Source of the DNA: Octopus sinensis
Lineage: Eukaryota
Direction of reading: 5' to 3'
Assembly: GCF_006345805.1 (NCBI RefSeq)
Contig: NC_043019.1
Coordinates: 16,305,360-16,369,359 of the forward strand
Length of the DNA: 64,000 nt
The first letter of the stretch is position 1; each line of letters opens with the position of its first letter. The notes below the pieces were generated by a model that was not told the origin of the DNA, ran no database searches, and saw only the letters and a program-made list of their open reading frames with translations. The position numbers were made by a program, and so were the translations under genes. This document shows, in pieces, positions 30,300-43,368 of the stretch.

Positions 30300-30911
30300 T
30301 GTATGTATATCTCTTCTATTTTTTAATTATTATAAATCTTCCACAAAGGAGTGAGCCAGTTTCCAACAAAGATACAAGGCTCCATCATTGGTATGAAGTT
30401 AATACAGACAAATTCCCATTTGGAACTTAAGAAAAGTCTTTACCGTTCCACTCACAGATTGCGTTTGTAATGTACGAATCAGCCGGTCGATTTCTCTTTC
30501 TGAAAATCCCAGTTTGTCCAGATTCTCCTTTAAGCATTTACTAACAAAACTTTGTGCTCCAATTATTATTGGTATGAATATGAATTCCTAGTCTGGATAC
30601 AGAAGCTGATGGTTTCAAAGCAGTTGTCCATAAATATCTTCTTTTTCTTTGATTTTCAAAGAGATATTTATATCTGCAGGGCAGCAGACCCCTATGATGG
30701 TATATACCTTTGCCCTTCTGTCTCAAACTACAATATCTGGCCTGTTATGTTTACATTTGACAGAAGTTTTGATGGGAATAGTCCACCAGTATTCCTTGAG
30801 TTGGTGTTTATTGGTATAAATATGATTTCATAGTCTGGATATAGAAGCTGGAGGTTTCGAAGCAATTGTCCATAGATATCCTCTTTTTCTTTGATTTCCA
30901 AAGAGATATTT
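30300..30911 (-). mobile_element. RLE-type LINE 3' fragment with an internal ~102 bp duplicate
   Basis: Minus translation KTSVKCKHNRPDIVV...NISLKIKEKEDIYGQLL...FIPIIIG; same family as 19510-20082. Confidence 0.75.
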
Positions 30912-30916
30912 GTTTG

Positions 30917-30950
<34 letters not shown>

Positions 30951-31020
30951 TGTATGTATGTATGTATGTATGTATGTGTGTATGTATGTATGCCTCTAAG
31001 TATGTAATACTTCTTTGTAG

Positions 31021-31180
31021 ATCAAAATGTGGACCAATCTGGCACTGAATGCGGCAACATCAAAGAAAAGCAAAATCAAAGACAGGAACCGCCCTCCCCC
31101 TGCCGCTGGACTCACCCACAACATTCCTGATTGGTTGGACGACTATATTGAATATCGCTTTAGTTTATACGACAGAACCA
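31021..31180 (+). CDS. Calexcitin-like exon 4 (IKMWTNLALN...IPDWLDDYIEYRFSLYDRT)
   Basis: TAG acceptor, GTGAGT donor, phase 0 to 1; KMW and PDWL match calexcitin by eye. Confidence 0.9.
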
Positions 31181-32498
31181 GTGAGTTGATTTTACCGCAG
31201 CTGCTGCTGCTGCTGCTGCTGCTGTTGTCGTTGTTGTTGTTGTTGTTAAGGCGACGTGCTGATACAATTGTTATGGCGAAAGATAAAAACACATATTGCT
31301 ATTTCTTCCGGCTGTTCTACCTTACTGAGTTCGAATCCCACCGAGGCCAACTTTACCTTTCAGCCTTTCGAGGTTGATTAAAATAAAATACCAGTTTAAG
31401 TATTGTAGTCGATCTACCCCTCCCCTCAAAATTGCTTAATTTGTGCCAAAATTACAAAGAATTATTGTTGCTGTTGTCGCCGTGGTCGTTGTTATTTCGT
31501 TTCATGTCGTCTTGATAACACGGGCGTTTGATGAGAAGACCTTCCAGTCATGGCCATCTTGGCTTTGTTTTTGTTCGGTTTTATTCGTACACACACGTAT
31601 TGGGTTGTCAGATAAATTCGTTTTATTTTCCATTTATTTCAATCCTTCCCCCCCCCCGTTCATATCAATCCATATTTTAATCCTTATTTTCCATCAACAA
31701 TTTTAACAAATCTGTCAGCAATATATTCTCCTTCATTGTTCCCAAATTCTTCCAAACATTTCACGAATTATTCAATACATTGATGGTAGAAATCACGGGG
31801 TTTTGACTAAGAATTCCTCAAACCGCGTTTTCAGCTCCACACTGTTGTTGAGCGAAGCGCCTCACAGATTGTTGAAGAGCGACCGAAAGGGCGATAATCT
31901 GAAGGTGTTATATAAGAAGAATGCAGTGGGTATGGTAGAACTGCCTCATCCAGCTATTGAATAAGATTTTTGGTCAAATTAGTAATGTGGGTGCGAGTAT
32001 TATTGTGTTAAAAAAAAGGCATGTCGTACCGCCGGTCATATGGTTTCAGTTAGATTGCCAGCCGATGGTATTATGCGAACATCCCATCTGCGGGGCCAAT
32101 TCTCTCGTGGATAGATATCACCGCGGTTCTTTGGGGTTTAACAGAAAATCCTATACAGAAATCACCAAACAAAATATTTGCCGATGTGTACTGAAGCATC
32201 TCAAGCTAGATTCAACACAAACACGAAAAAGCGTAGATCAAAATCACGGTGTGTGCATTGATTTTTAATACGATTTTGTACACTCGAATGTCAATGGCAT
32301 TCGCTGCGGGATTTTTGCCCCGGAGAACAACTTCTCTCTATAGACTTTATGTATAGGAAAAAAAAGTAGAAAATTCCAAACGAACCACGCTGCTTCGCGT
32401 GCTTCGAACAAAATGGTTTTCCCGTCAATCGCGTTGTTTCTATAACATCCATGTTGTCCTCTGAGTAACCTGGAGCTTCTCAACATTATTCTACTCAG

Positions 32499-32596
32499 GA
32501 GATGGAATCATCGATATTGAGGAATTCGAGTATGTTCTGTCAGACTTTGGAGTTCCTGCAAAAGACGCCAGGACTGCATTCATCATATTCTCAAAG
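32499..32596 (+). CDS. Calexcitin-like exon 5 (RDGIIDIEEFEYVLSDFGVPAKDARTAFIIFSK, EF-hand 3)
   Basis: CAG acceptor, GTATCT donor, phase 1 to 0; completes the loop DRTRDGIIDIEE. Confidence 0.9.
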
Positions 32597-33279
32597 GTAT
32601 CTCTGACCGTCTCTAATGATTCATTTGTTTATCGAGCGATCTGGTTTGATGCACGTGAATGTGCGTGCATCTGTGTGTGGTGGGGTGTGTAAGCGCGTGT
32701 GTGAGTGAGTGAGTGAGTGAGTGAGTGTGTGAGTGATTGAGTGAGTGAGTGAGTGAGTGACTGATTGAGTGACTGATTGAGTGAGTGAGTGAGAGAGTGA
32801 GTGAGTGAGTGAGAGAGTGAGTGAGTGAGTGAGTGTGTATGTGTGTGTTTATTAAAAAAACCTATTGATCCATCGGAGTACCTGCAGTTTCATGATATCC
32901 GACTGCGAACCTTACAACAATCTTCAGACCCCTGTACATCATTCACTAAATTATTTGTTGATGAAACTGAGTAACTCAAAGATTAAAAAGGCTTGTGTGT
33001 GTATGTGTGTGTGTGTAGATACACACACACACATATGGACACGTAGGCAGACATACCCGCACACTCATAGAGGTATACACATATCCACATTCTTTATGGT
33101 TTTATTTTCTACACATTCAACTTGCTTTACGTGTGTGTGCGTATATGTGTGTATGAGTGTATATATATGTACATATACACGTTTATACATAAGACTTTCT
33201 CACTTCCCGAGCGTTAAACTAATACATCTGTTTGTTGTTTACACACCCGTCTTCGTCTTTTGTTGTTTTTTTGCAAATT

Positions 33280-33361
<82 letters not shown>

Positions 33362-33368
<7 letters not shown>

Positions 33369-33985
33369 AAGAAAAATAAAGAAAAATAAGTTGGCTAGCA
33401 GCAAGCTGTTTCGCCTCATACCGAAGGAATTAGAAATGGCAGTCAAAGACCGTTTTTTCCATTTCTATAAGTGGAGATTCCAAAAAATTAGGAGGGAAAA
33501 TTTACGTTCCCAGTCGTTACTTGGTTTTAACATCTGCGCACTTCCCCCCACTATCTGATGTCGCGGGGTCAGAAGTGAGGGCTGGTGGCATTTGATAAAG
33601 CTATCGAATATAGCGCTGATGACGGAATTCAAACTCCCCTTTTTTTATATGTTTGTGATCCAGAAACACCGTGTTCGCTATTAACGGTAAGTGACTGAAT
33701 TCGTATATTTTCCACTCCGGTTTTGTGTATGTGAGCCGCAAGGCCTTCGTTTTTTGGAATCTCCACTTATAGAAATGGAAAAAACGGTCTTTGACTGCCA
33801 TTTCTAATTCCTTCGGTATGAGGCGAAACAGCTTGCTGCTAGCCAACTTATTTTTCTTTACTATATACTGAACCTTACAAAGGTCTTGACAATTATTTTG
33901 TCGTATTTACATACCGAAATTTACCGGTAAATAATTGTTGGTTACATGAAAAACACAGGAAAATTATTTACCATTTTTATTGTAT
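33362..33985. mobile_element. Unclassified fold-back element, copy 1 (arms 33362-33486 / 33750-33865 plus 3' tail), between (TA)n tracts
   Basis: Arms are exact reverse complements apart from a 10-bp tandem duplication; arms and tail are homologous to 36368-36735. Confidence 0.75.
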
Positions 33986-33988
33986 ATA

Positions 33989-34027
<39 letters not shown>

Positions 34028-34028
<1 letters not shown>

Positions 34029-35314
34029 GAGGGACGTTCAATAAGTAATGCCTCTGACCCACTTGCAGTTGTTTGATCTAGCTGAAATTTTGTATGTGCA
34101 ATCATTTATATCTCTATAGAGTAAGTGGCAAATTACAGCTCTGAACTAATTGTGGTTTCTGATTTACAGGTGTTTGAATCGAGTCAAGTGTGAAATGGAG
34201 CCTGTTGAGTGTCGAGCAGTGATCCGGTTTTTGTATTTGAAATGACGCACACCACGGGAGACTTTTGATGAAATGAAAGTAACTTATGGTGATGATGCCC
34301 CATCATATGACCTTGTAAAACGCTGGCATCGTGAATTCAAACATGGTCGGAACTCTGTGGAAACAGCTCCCAGATCTAGTCGCCCCCTTCTGCCATTGAT
34401 GAGGCATCTGTCCGTCAAGTTGAGGCTGCCATTTTCGAAGATCGACGCATAATTATTCGCCAAATAGCCCATGAGGTCAATATTAGTACCGGGTCTGTGG
34501 AAACTATCATTCATGACCATTTGCATATGCAAAAGGTGTCTGCCAGATGGATTCCCAGGTTGCTCACGCCTTTCCAGAAGCAAGAACGCGTCGAGTACTC
34601 GAGGGTGAATTTGGAGATGTGCCAAGATGAGTCAAAGTTTTTCAAAAGACTGATTACACAGGATGAAACCTGGGTCCATCACGATGATCCAGAGACCAAA
34701 GCCCAGTCAATGCAGTGGAAGCACCGTGACTCACCCCCCCCCCCAAAGAAGGCAAGGGTGCAGCCCTCCGCTGGCAAGGTCATGCTCACAGTCTTCTGGG
34801 ACCAGGACGGAGTAGTGATGACAGATTTCCTGGCAAAGGGTACCACAATTGCAGGAGCATATTATGCTTCACTTTTGAGGAAATTAAGAGAAGTTATCAA
34901 AATCAAGAGGCGGGGCAAGATCAGCAAGGCATCCTCCTCCTGCAGGACAACGCTCCGGTCCACAACTCGCTTGTCGCCAGATCAGAAGCACAGGCGTATG
35001 GCTATGAACTCCTCCCCATCTCCCCTACTTTCCTGACCTTGCACCCTCTGATTTTCACCTCTTCCCAATCATGAAGTTGTTTTTGAAAGGAAAGCGTTTC
35101 CCAGATGATGCAGCCTTGATTTCTGAAGTCACGTTGAGGTTGGAGGACCAAGCTGGGTTCTTCTACAAAAATGGTCTCCAGAGCCGCATCAAACGATGGG
35201 AGAAATGCGTAACTCTGGGTGGTTCCTATGTAGAAAAAGAATAACTGTGGCAAGTTTCGTTGCTCTACTGCTATGGGAAGTGGGGCAGGGGCATTACTTA
35301 TTGAACGCCCCTCG
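34028..35314 (+). mobile_element. Full-length (1287 bp) mariner DNA transposon in calexcitin-like intron 5
   Basis: TIRs CGAGGGRCGTTCAATAAGTAATGCC, flanking TA; WIPRLLT, TQDETW, QDNAPVH, YFPDLAPSDFHLF motifs. Confidence 0.95.
34195..35244 (+). pseudogene. Mariner transposase pseudogene (premature stop and frameshifts)
   Basis: ATG 34195, early TGA, motifs split over frames, TAA 35242-35244. Confidence 0.85.
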
Positions 35315-35390
<76 letters not shown>

Positions 35391-35557
35391 CATGTATATA
35401 TATACACATACATACATATGCATATATCTATGAATGTAAATATAAATAGATACTCACACATACATGTGTGTGTATGTATGTATGTATGTATGTATGTATG
35501 TATGTATGTATGTATGTATGTATGTGTGTGTGTGTGTGTGTGTATATATAGATAGAT

Positions 35558-35725
<168 letters not shown>

Positions 35726-35888
35726 TTAACACAATGAACGAGTTGTTCCCACACGACAAACAAATTTCACCGACAGAAAATTTGGTGGACCCGAGAGGTT
35801 ATATTAGGGGACACCTTTATTTGTTGGTGTCCTTCTTTTCTTTATTCATCGATCTAATTTGCATATTTGTGACGTCATGTCGTTTCAG

Positions 35889-36008
35889 AACCAAGAAAAG
35901 GTCGTCGATTTAGAGTATTTCAAGGAATTGTCTTTCGAGTATTTCCAGTCGGATGAGCCGAGCGATTTGGGCAACTTCATTACGGGCAGACTGAATTTCC
36001 TTGATTGA
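35889..36008 (+). CDS. Calexcitin-like exon 6 (NQEKVVDLEYFKELSFEYFQSDEPSDLGNFITGRLNFLD*)
   Basis: CAG acceptor, phase 0, TGA stop; matches the calexcitin/SCP C-terminal EYF..D...GN pattern; EF4 is degenerate. Confidence 0.88.
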   Translation, partial: NQEKVVDLEYFKELSFEYFQSDEPSDLGNFITGRLNFLD

Positions 36009-36303
36009 AATCAAACACCGCGTATGTCTTGCGAAAACTGTATTGAACCAAAAACGAAGTTGGAGTGCTGTGTGGGGCATCTTCAAAAATGGTGCCAGAG
36101 AGAAATAATACTTGGACGCATGAAAAACAGATGCGAAAATAGATGTTATGTTTGGACATAAATCCAGATACGAACATGAAAATGAACACATGTACTCACA
36201 CACACAAATATTACATGTATATTTATAGACACATACACACTTATTAGCACACACATACGTACATACATATACATATACATACATATATATATATATTATA
36301 TAT

Positions 36304-36358
<55 letters not shown>

Positions 36359-36367
36359 TATATATAT

Positions 36368-36731
36368 TTGCTTGGCCGCATACCGAAAAATTAGAAATAG
36401 CAGTCAAGACTGTTTATTTCTATTTTCTACAAGTGGGGCTCCTCACACGACATACCCTGTAATTCTGCATATGTGAATTACAGGGTATGTCGTGTGTGGA
36501 GCCCCACTTGTAGAAAATAGAAATAAACAGTCTTAACTGCTATTTCTAATTTTTCGGTATGCGGCCAAGCAACTTGTTGCCTGTCCCTTTTACTTATATA
36601 TATATGTATATATATACTGAACTTTACAGAAGTTCCTACCGTTAATCGGCTATATTTACATACCGAATTCTTCCAGTAAATAATCGTGGGTTTTTTAAAA
36701 AACCATTATAGAAATTATTTACTCTTATTAT

Positions 36732-36735
<4 letters not shown>
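36368..36735. mobile_element. Unclassified fold-back element, copy 2 (98-bp arms, 9-nt loop, plus 3' tail)
   Basis: 36368-36465 vs 36475-36572: 2 mismatches in 98 bp. Confidence 0.8.
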
Positions 36736-36814
<79 letters not shown>

Positions 36815-37300
36815 GCACACTCATTCATGCATGGATAGGTATGAATAAGGAAATACGTGTAATTATACACGCGTTATTGTCTCTCTGTCTATATGCGTAT
36901 ATAAATACATGTATAGAGTGAGATATATGTTGTGTGTGTGTAGTTTGAATGGTGACTTATTGGGACAGTGAGGAACAACAACAATAAAATTGATTTATTA
37001 TAAGTATTGAGTACTCTTTTCTTTCTTCATAACACCGCTTCGTACCATCTGTGTGGGGTAGTGTGCATGTGTGTGTGTCTGTGTGCATGTGTGTGTCTGC
37101 ATGTGTGTGTGCGTGTGTGTGTGCGTGTGTGTGTGTTTGTGTGTGTTTGCGTGTGTGTGTGTGTATGTATGCGTGTGTATGTGTGTAAAATTGAAACATC
37201 ATTGAATTTAAATGAAAATTTCAGTTATGTACACTGAGACTTTCTACACCTCAGCATGCTTCTTCCACAGTAGCAGTGAGCGTTTTATTCCTTGTTTCCC

Positions 37301-37364
<64 letters not shown>

Positions 37365-37699
37365 TGTATGTGTGTATTGAGACATGGGTTTCCTTGAAGC
37401 AGGGGTGAAGAGGACGCACAACACTGGCGAACCTCAAGAAAGGCAAAATGACTTTCTTGAGTGACTTCGGCAACGGTTTTTGTCTTCCTCTGATATATAT
37501 CGTGTTTTAACACAAGTCTATGAAGATACTTTATATCAGACAATTACACAACATCATGCCTTCTAACGACATACATACATTTAGTATGATACACAAATGA
37601 TGATTTTAATTTAATATACAATTTAACACACAATTATCTATACATACATATACACACGCATATTTGGACACATGGTGGATGTCAACTCGTAGACGACCA

Positions 37700-38520
37700 T
37701 GACCATCACTTATCCTAGCCAATGACTGTCAGCAATGTCCAGTCTGAAATTGGAAGTCAGTAACGGCTTGCACAACATTACTAAGAGTCCCACCCACAAA
37801 ACCATGAAGTCCAATAACAAGCAAGAGCAAGGTTCTCGGTTTCCCAAAGACATGCCTAAACAAAAACCCGGGATCTCTCACTCCCAGCTCCTGGGTGGCC
37901 GTTGGTTCTGCTGAGTTCGCCCGTCTTTTGACAGATTTTGTTTTCCATCCTGCACGGTGTCCAACGAAAGCCACCTTCCTTACCAAGAAGGCTCAGCACG
38001 CTTGCCGGATTAGTCGCCGACGGCCCGATAATGCGACAGGTTGTACTGAGTTCGGGAACGTGAAACTCCGAGTAACAGCTTTTGTTAAATTTCTGCTGCT
38101 TTTAAATAAAGTATATATTGGCCTCCGACCACTGCCGTGAGAACATCTGTTGTCTTCGTCTGCCGATAAAGGCATTTTATCCAAATACGCCAGCTAAACT
38201 TGTACTGTTTATTAGTCGTAAGACACCCGCTGTTTTTGTCCTGTTTTTACCATTATTGTTTTTTGTATTTTATATTCGTGTGGCATCGTCCGTTTTTCAG
38301 TCCCTGTTTCGTATACATTCGATCCTTCTTCCAAGAAATCTAATGCTCGTAGCTTAGTTTTTCCTTGGGGCTGGCCGGATCGGAGCGATCTGAAGATTAA
38401 TCAGCCGAAATTGCTAGGATGATCCGGTTCTTGACTGAAGAAGGCTTCGAATGTCCCGTCCGTGATTTTTGTATCGTCTTCTAAATGTTTTACGTTCTTG
38501 TCCCAGTTTGTATTTTTCTA
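37700..38520 (+). mobile_element. Penelope-like terminal remnants including a degraded hammerhead at 38041-38078
   Basis: CG ggaa CG-T-GAAA-CTCCGAGT-A-ACAG with a damaged core (CTGAGTT); the tail is shared with 12247-12290; ends at (TA)n. Confidence 0.45.
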
Positions 38521-38540
38521 CATATTATATATATATATAT

Positions 38541-38838
38541 GGGTGATATCTAACGTGGCCAACCAACAGGGCGGCGGAAGGAAGGGGTTAATGGGATGGG
38601 GATATAATTGTTGTAACATGACTCCAGGTTAAGGCGGCAGACTGGCAGACACGCCGGGCGAAATGCTTCGCGGTATTTCGTCTGCCGCTACGTTCTGAGT
38701 TCAAATTCCGCCGAGGTTGACTTTACCTTTCATCCTTTCGGGGTCGATTAAATAAGTACCAGTTACGCACTGGGGTCGATATAATCGACTTAATCCGTTT
38801 GTCTGTCCTTGTTTGTCCTCTCTGTGTTTAGCTCCTTG
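38541..38838 (+). repeat. Left arm of a ~295 bp inverted duplication (unique flank plus SINE family 1)
   Basis: Reverse complement of 41787-42067 with 4 substitutions and one 17-nt indel. Confidence 0.9.
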
Positions 38839-39348
38839 CGTCTGTGTGTGCGCGGGCTCAGAGGAAGAAATGCTATTTGCTAAGATGTCACAGAGTTGCT
38901 TCTACCCTGGGAACTACAACACGTTGAAGTCGTTTACAAGCTTTCGTAGGACATACACACAAACACACAAACATACATACACACATACATACACACATAC
39001 ATACACAAGAAAGAGAAAGGAGAGAAGGAAAGGTGGATAGTAATACGCGATCGATATTCCAATTCAAATAACGAACGTCCAACACGTGAGTTCCTCTTCT
39101 ATTAAATCCTCCGCTCAACAGAGTCTTGAATGGCTCAAAGCACTCTTCCTTCTTTTATCATTCCTCCACTATATCTTCCCCCCTCTCTCTCTCTCTCTAT
39201 CCGTCTATCTTTTTCTCTCTTTCCTTGCATATGCACTTTCTCTTCTTTCATTTCCTCCTCACTCCTACTTTCCCTAATTATTCCTCTTCCTGCTACCCTC
39301 TCACATTTTCTCAACTCTTCAGTTTCAATTATTAGTGAGGTCACATGA

Positions 39349-40990
39349 CATTTTCTCTCCGCCCCATCATAATTTGCTCATCGATTGAACACAACTGGCA
39401 AAGCGCCTCTCTATCAATCTCTTTCCGCTGACAAAGTCTAATATTGTAAAAGCGTTCAGAAGTTATCTCCCTTGCACTCCCGCTCAAATAATAGCATTTC
39501 CCCAACACCAAATATATCTCTTACTGGTGACATTTCGTATTGAAAGCACTAAAAGCAAATAAAGCATCTTTATAAGACAAGTTTTGTTTTTTATAAACAA
39601 ATAACGATGGAGATGATTTCTTGCCAGAAATGGAAAGCTGCCGGATTAAATAATTTCCTTACAGTATGTAGATCCAAATCCCGCTGATGACGAAGATGTG
39701 TATATCAACTTCTACCATGATCAATAAAAGATCTCTCGGGAATATTTTTAGATAACGAGGTAAATTAGCTGAAACATTTTGAATGGTTCTTGACTGAGGG
39801 TGAAAGACAACGGGTGCCAAAGTGTTACATTTTGGTACATAAAACTAGTAAGACACAAGACCTGATCATTTGAGAAGCAGACCTAACATATTGTCCTTTT
39901 TTAACTCCTTAACATGACCATTTGGTAACTTTGCAGGGACCAGTTTGTGGCGAGCTTTCTCTTCAAAGCTGTTTCCTTTTCCAGATCGCTCGGAAAGGAA
40001 GGGGTTAGTGAAAGTCATTAGCAATGCCTCTACCTTTAAATAACTTACAAAATACCCATCGATAGGAAATGAATTCACCTCTGGAAGAAACGAACCCGAT
40101 TACTGATTTAACAATTACGGCGATGAACAGCCCTTGCTTACTTTTGTAAGCAGGGTTGCCGTTGAGTGTTGTCTTGGTCGTGAATTGTGTTTGTAACAGG
40201 ACACACAAGACGACGGAAAAGAAGCATTTGGGAAGTCCTACGAGATGGGGGAGTGCTTGAGTTTCCCGTGAGACCAGTCTTCACCGGCGTAATCCAGAAG
40301 AAAGCAGAGGCAACACGTTTGGTATTAGTTCGGTATCAAGAAAAACCAAAAGAAAAAAAAAAACTGCCAGGCGGATGTATTTTGCTGTCAACGGGGCTCC
40401 ACTCTAATATTTCTGCCGGGTTTCTTTCTCTTAACCTCATGCCTTCCCTGACGCTCGTAACACAACGAGACTATTTCATTCGGAGCTGCAGGAGATCCGT
40501 GGATGCACTCCAAAATTATGATCACGTACCAATGGCTTACATGTTCTAGGTTTTAAAGCAGACCACCACTACCGAGTCCTTTGGTGGATTGTTTAGTCTG
40601 AGATCGCAGGGGTCACAGTTGCTATGCTTCACTGCAAAATGAGATCTTATTTACAGCTTGTTTCTGGAAAGGTTGTAGAGTGACACGGATGACTTGTGCC
40701 CCTGGCTCCTATTTTCGAATGTTTTTCCAATAACCATTATTGGAAGCTGAAAGCGGGAAGATGACGCAACACACAACTCAACTCACATAAAGCAAGAAGA
40801 GATCGGAGCTTCTCGAACATTTTGAACTATCGCTCTTTTTCTTTTGCAAACGCCATTCCAAGACAATTGAATACATGGCATGCATTTTCTCTCCGCCCAT
40901 CATAATTTGCTCATCGATTAAACACAACTGGCAGAGTGTCTCTATCAATCTCTTTCCGCTGACAAAGTCTAATATTGTAAAAGAGTTCAT
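39349..40990 (-). mobile_element. Highly degraded piggyBac-like transposase remnant
   Basis: LCLIDEQ (D1-like, present twice), IDGYFVSY (D2-like, cf. xDNxFTS), KDNMLGLLL; by-eye similarity only, no TIR or TTAA ends found. Confidence 0.4.
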
Positions 40991-41624
40991 TTTTGTTTTA
41001 TTGTTATTGGTATTCTTGTGTTTCTGATTAATAAGCAGTTTTGCATAACGATATTACATTTTTAAATGTTTTTCTTTTTTTTTTCAAAGTAAATATTTAA
41101 ATAAGAGACGACAACAGATAACTGTACTGTTGCATCCATCGCCCTGCTTCGCTGCTTTCTTTGTCCCAGGGCAAATAGAAGTTTCCGCCTTCTCGTTCCC
41201 AAATTAACAAAAGAGTCTATACATTGCCGTCAAACTTATAACATTTCCCCGTCTTTTACAAACTAAAACATTTTCATTCGACTTTATTTATGTATGCAAA
41301 ATGTTTTCATAACAATTTCTTTCTCGATTATTTTTGCAATATCATTTTCCATCCCTAAAATTACCAAAGAATTCGATGAGTGTTTGTTGTATTTGAAAGC
41401 TCCCAAGCATATGACGTGGCACCCCGGGACAGGGCCGTTGGGGTTTGGCTTGTAACGCAGGAAATTATTGTTGTTATTATTGTTGTTTAGCCTCCAGGTC
41501 ATCCGTGGATGAATTTTCGATAGAAAGACTATTCTATCCTTGACCATAACTTTTTTTTTCCCATAGAGAAATCATCAGAAATTTGACCTCGGGTCATATT
41601 GATTTCAAATTTTACTACAAAGCC

Positions 41625-42067
41625 AGCGCTTTCGGGGAGATGGGGGATTAAGTCGATTACCTGGATTCCGGTGCTCAACTGGTACTTATTTTATCGACCC
41701 CGAAAGGATAAGAGGCGAAGTCGACCCCGGCAGAATTTGAGCTCAGAACGTAACGGCAGAAAACATACCTATTTCTTTACTGCCCACAAGGAGCTAAACA
41801 CAGAGAGGACAAACAAGGACAGACAAACGGATTAAGTCGATTATATCGACCCCACTGCGTAACTGGTACTTATTTAATCGACCCCGAAAGGATGAAAGGT
41901 AAAGTCAACCTCGGCGGAATTTGAACTCAGAACGTAGCGGCAGACGAAATACCGCGTGTCTGCCAGTCTGCCGCCTTAACCTGGAGTCATGTTACAACAA
42001 TTATATCCCCATCCCATTAACCCCTTCCTTCCGCTGCCCTGTTGGCTGGCCACGTTAAATATCACCC
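41625..42067 (-). mobile_element. Dimeric SINE family 1 plus flank (right arm of inverted duplication 41787-42067)
   Basis: Two cores joined at GGGCAGTAAAGAAATAGGTATG. Confidence 0.85.
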
Positions 42068-43368
42068 AGTTGTCTTCTGGTAGCCTTATCATCCAGTTGC
42101 CACCGAAATGATCCGATCGAGTCTGGTCCATTGTTGCTTGGTCGCTGCTGGTGGTGTTGTTGTTCTTGTTATTGTTAAAGAAGCTCCCTTAGATTTTCAA
42201 ATATAAAATATTATCATCTAATAACAATTATTACTGTAACTAAATACACTTCACGATTCAATAAAGTCTTCCATGGAAATAATAGTAAAAATAGTTTATT
42301 GTGCGTTTTTAAAGTAACAAGGGAAGCAACTTCTTAAATACGTTCGAAAATTTATTTACACAGTTAATTCCCTTATTTCCTTTTGGGATTAAAAAAATTA
42401 AGTTTGCCTCCACCTCAAGTAATTTGTATCTTCTTTTGACATAAGCATAGAATGAAGTCGGAAAAGGATAAAAGAGGGGTCAGGAAGGTGCAATTAGTAG
42501 AAAATAAAGACCAGAATGAAAGCTAAAAGTACATGCAAAGTAAATAGATTGAAACAGAAAAGAGAGCAGTAAATGTGCCGTGTTAACGATTAATTGACCT
42601 CAGCACAATTCCAGACCAATAATGTCGTCTTTCTTTACATATCGTCACTGATTCCTTTAAAACCATTCTCTCAGCTCATTTCTGTTCTCTGTAATCTCTG
42701 AACATCTTCCATATTCAATTCCAGTAAATTTCTGCCACCACATTTCATAAGATTCAAGTCTTGTGCACAGACAGACAAGATGTCTCCCTTTCCTACCCCT
42801 AATTACATCGCCCATGTAACAAACTATCGATTATACCAAACCAATGAGTGGGACTTTATGTGGTCAGTGGCTCTGCTAGAAATAGTAACCACACGGCATT
42901 CAATTCACATTACTCTCTCTCTCTCCTCCCCCTCTCCTATTGTTACTATAATGGCCTCTGCCCCTCAGAGCTGGCTGGTTCCGATTTGTCATAAAACGGG
43001 CACCCCCACCCCACTCATCATCCCATCCCTTACCCCTCTTAGTTCTTCCAACCCCCTCAGCCCCACGCTAAACACTATATCCAGTCCTTGCTTCCCTGGA
43101 ACACTGTCCCACTTGAATCTCCCCCCTATTCATGTCTTTCCTAAAGCTGTTGGTAACTGGCCACGGTTGTTTCGATCCCCAGAACCACATCGACCTCACC
43201 AGTCCGGGACGACCTGCAAGAGTTATGTCCCTTCCTCCACACTCGACAAGTTAAAAAAAACTCTTGTCTGAGATGTAGTCTCAGGTTTGAAACCCAGGCA
43301 ATGCAAGGGAAAGTCATTTGAAATTCATCAACCATAGCAACAACAACAAAATTTCATAAAAATATACT

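Noticed and set aside
33590-33640. TTGATAA-A-GCTAT/ATAGC and CTGATGA in the fold-back loop as a hammerhead
   Set aside because: No GAAA, stem III or stem I in the required positions.
38380-38450. GGCTG...CAGCC-GAAA and CTGAAGA motifs as a hammerhead
   Set aside because: No catalytic core directly 5' of the stem in this copy, and the CTGAAGA motifs lack a stem II/GAAA.
42016-42067. TTAACCCC as a piggyBac end
   Set aside because: It points away from the transposase-like remnant, and no matching opposite end was found.
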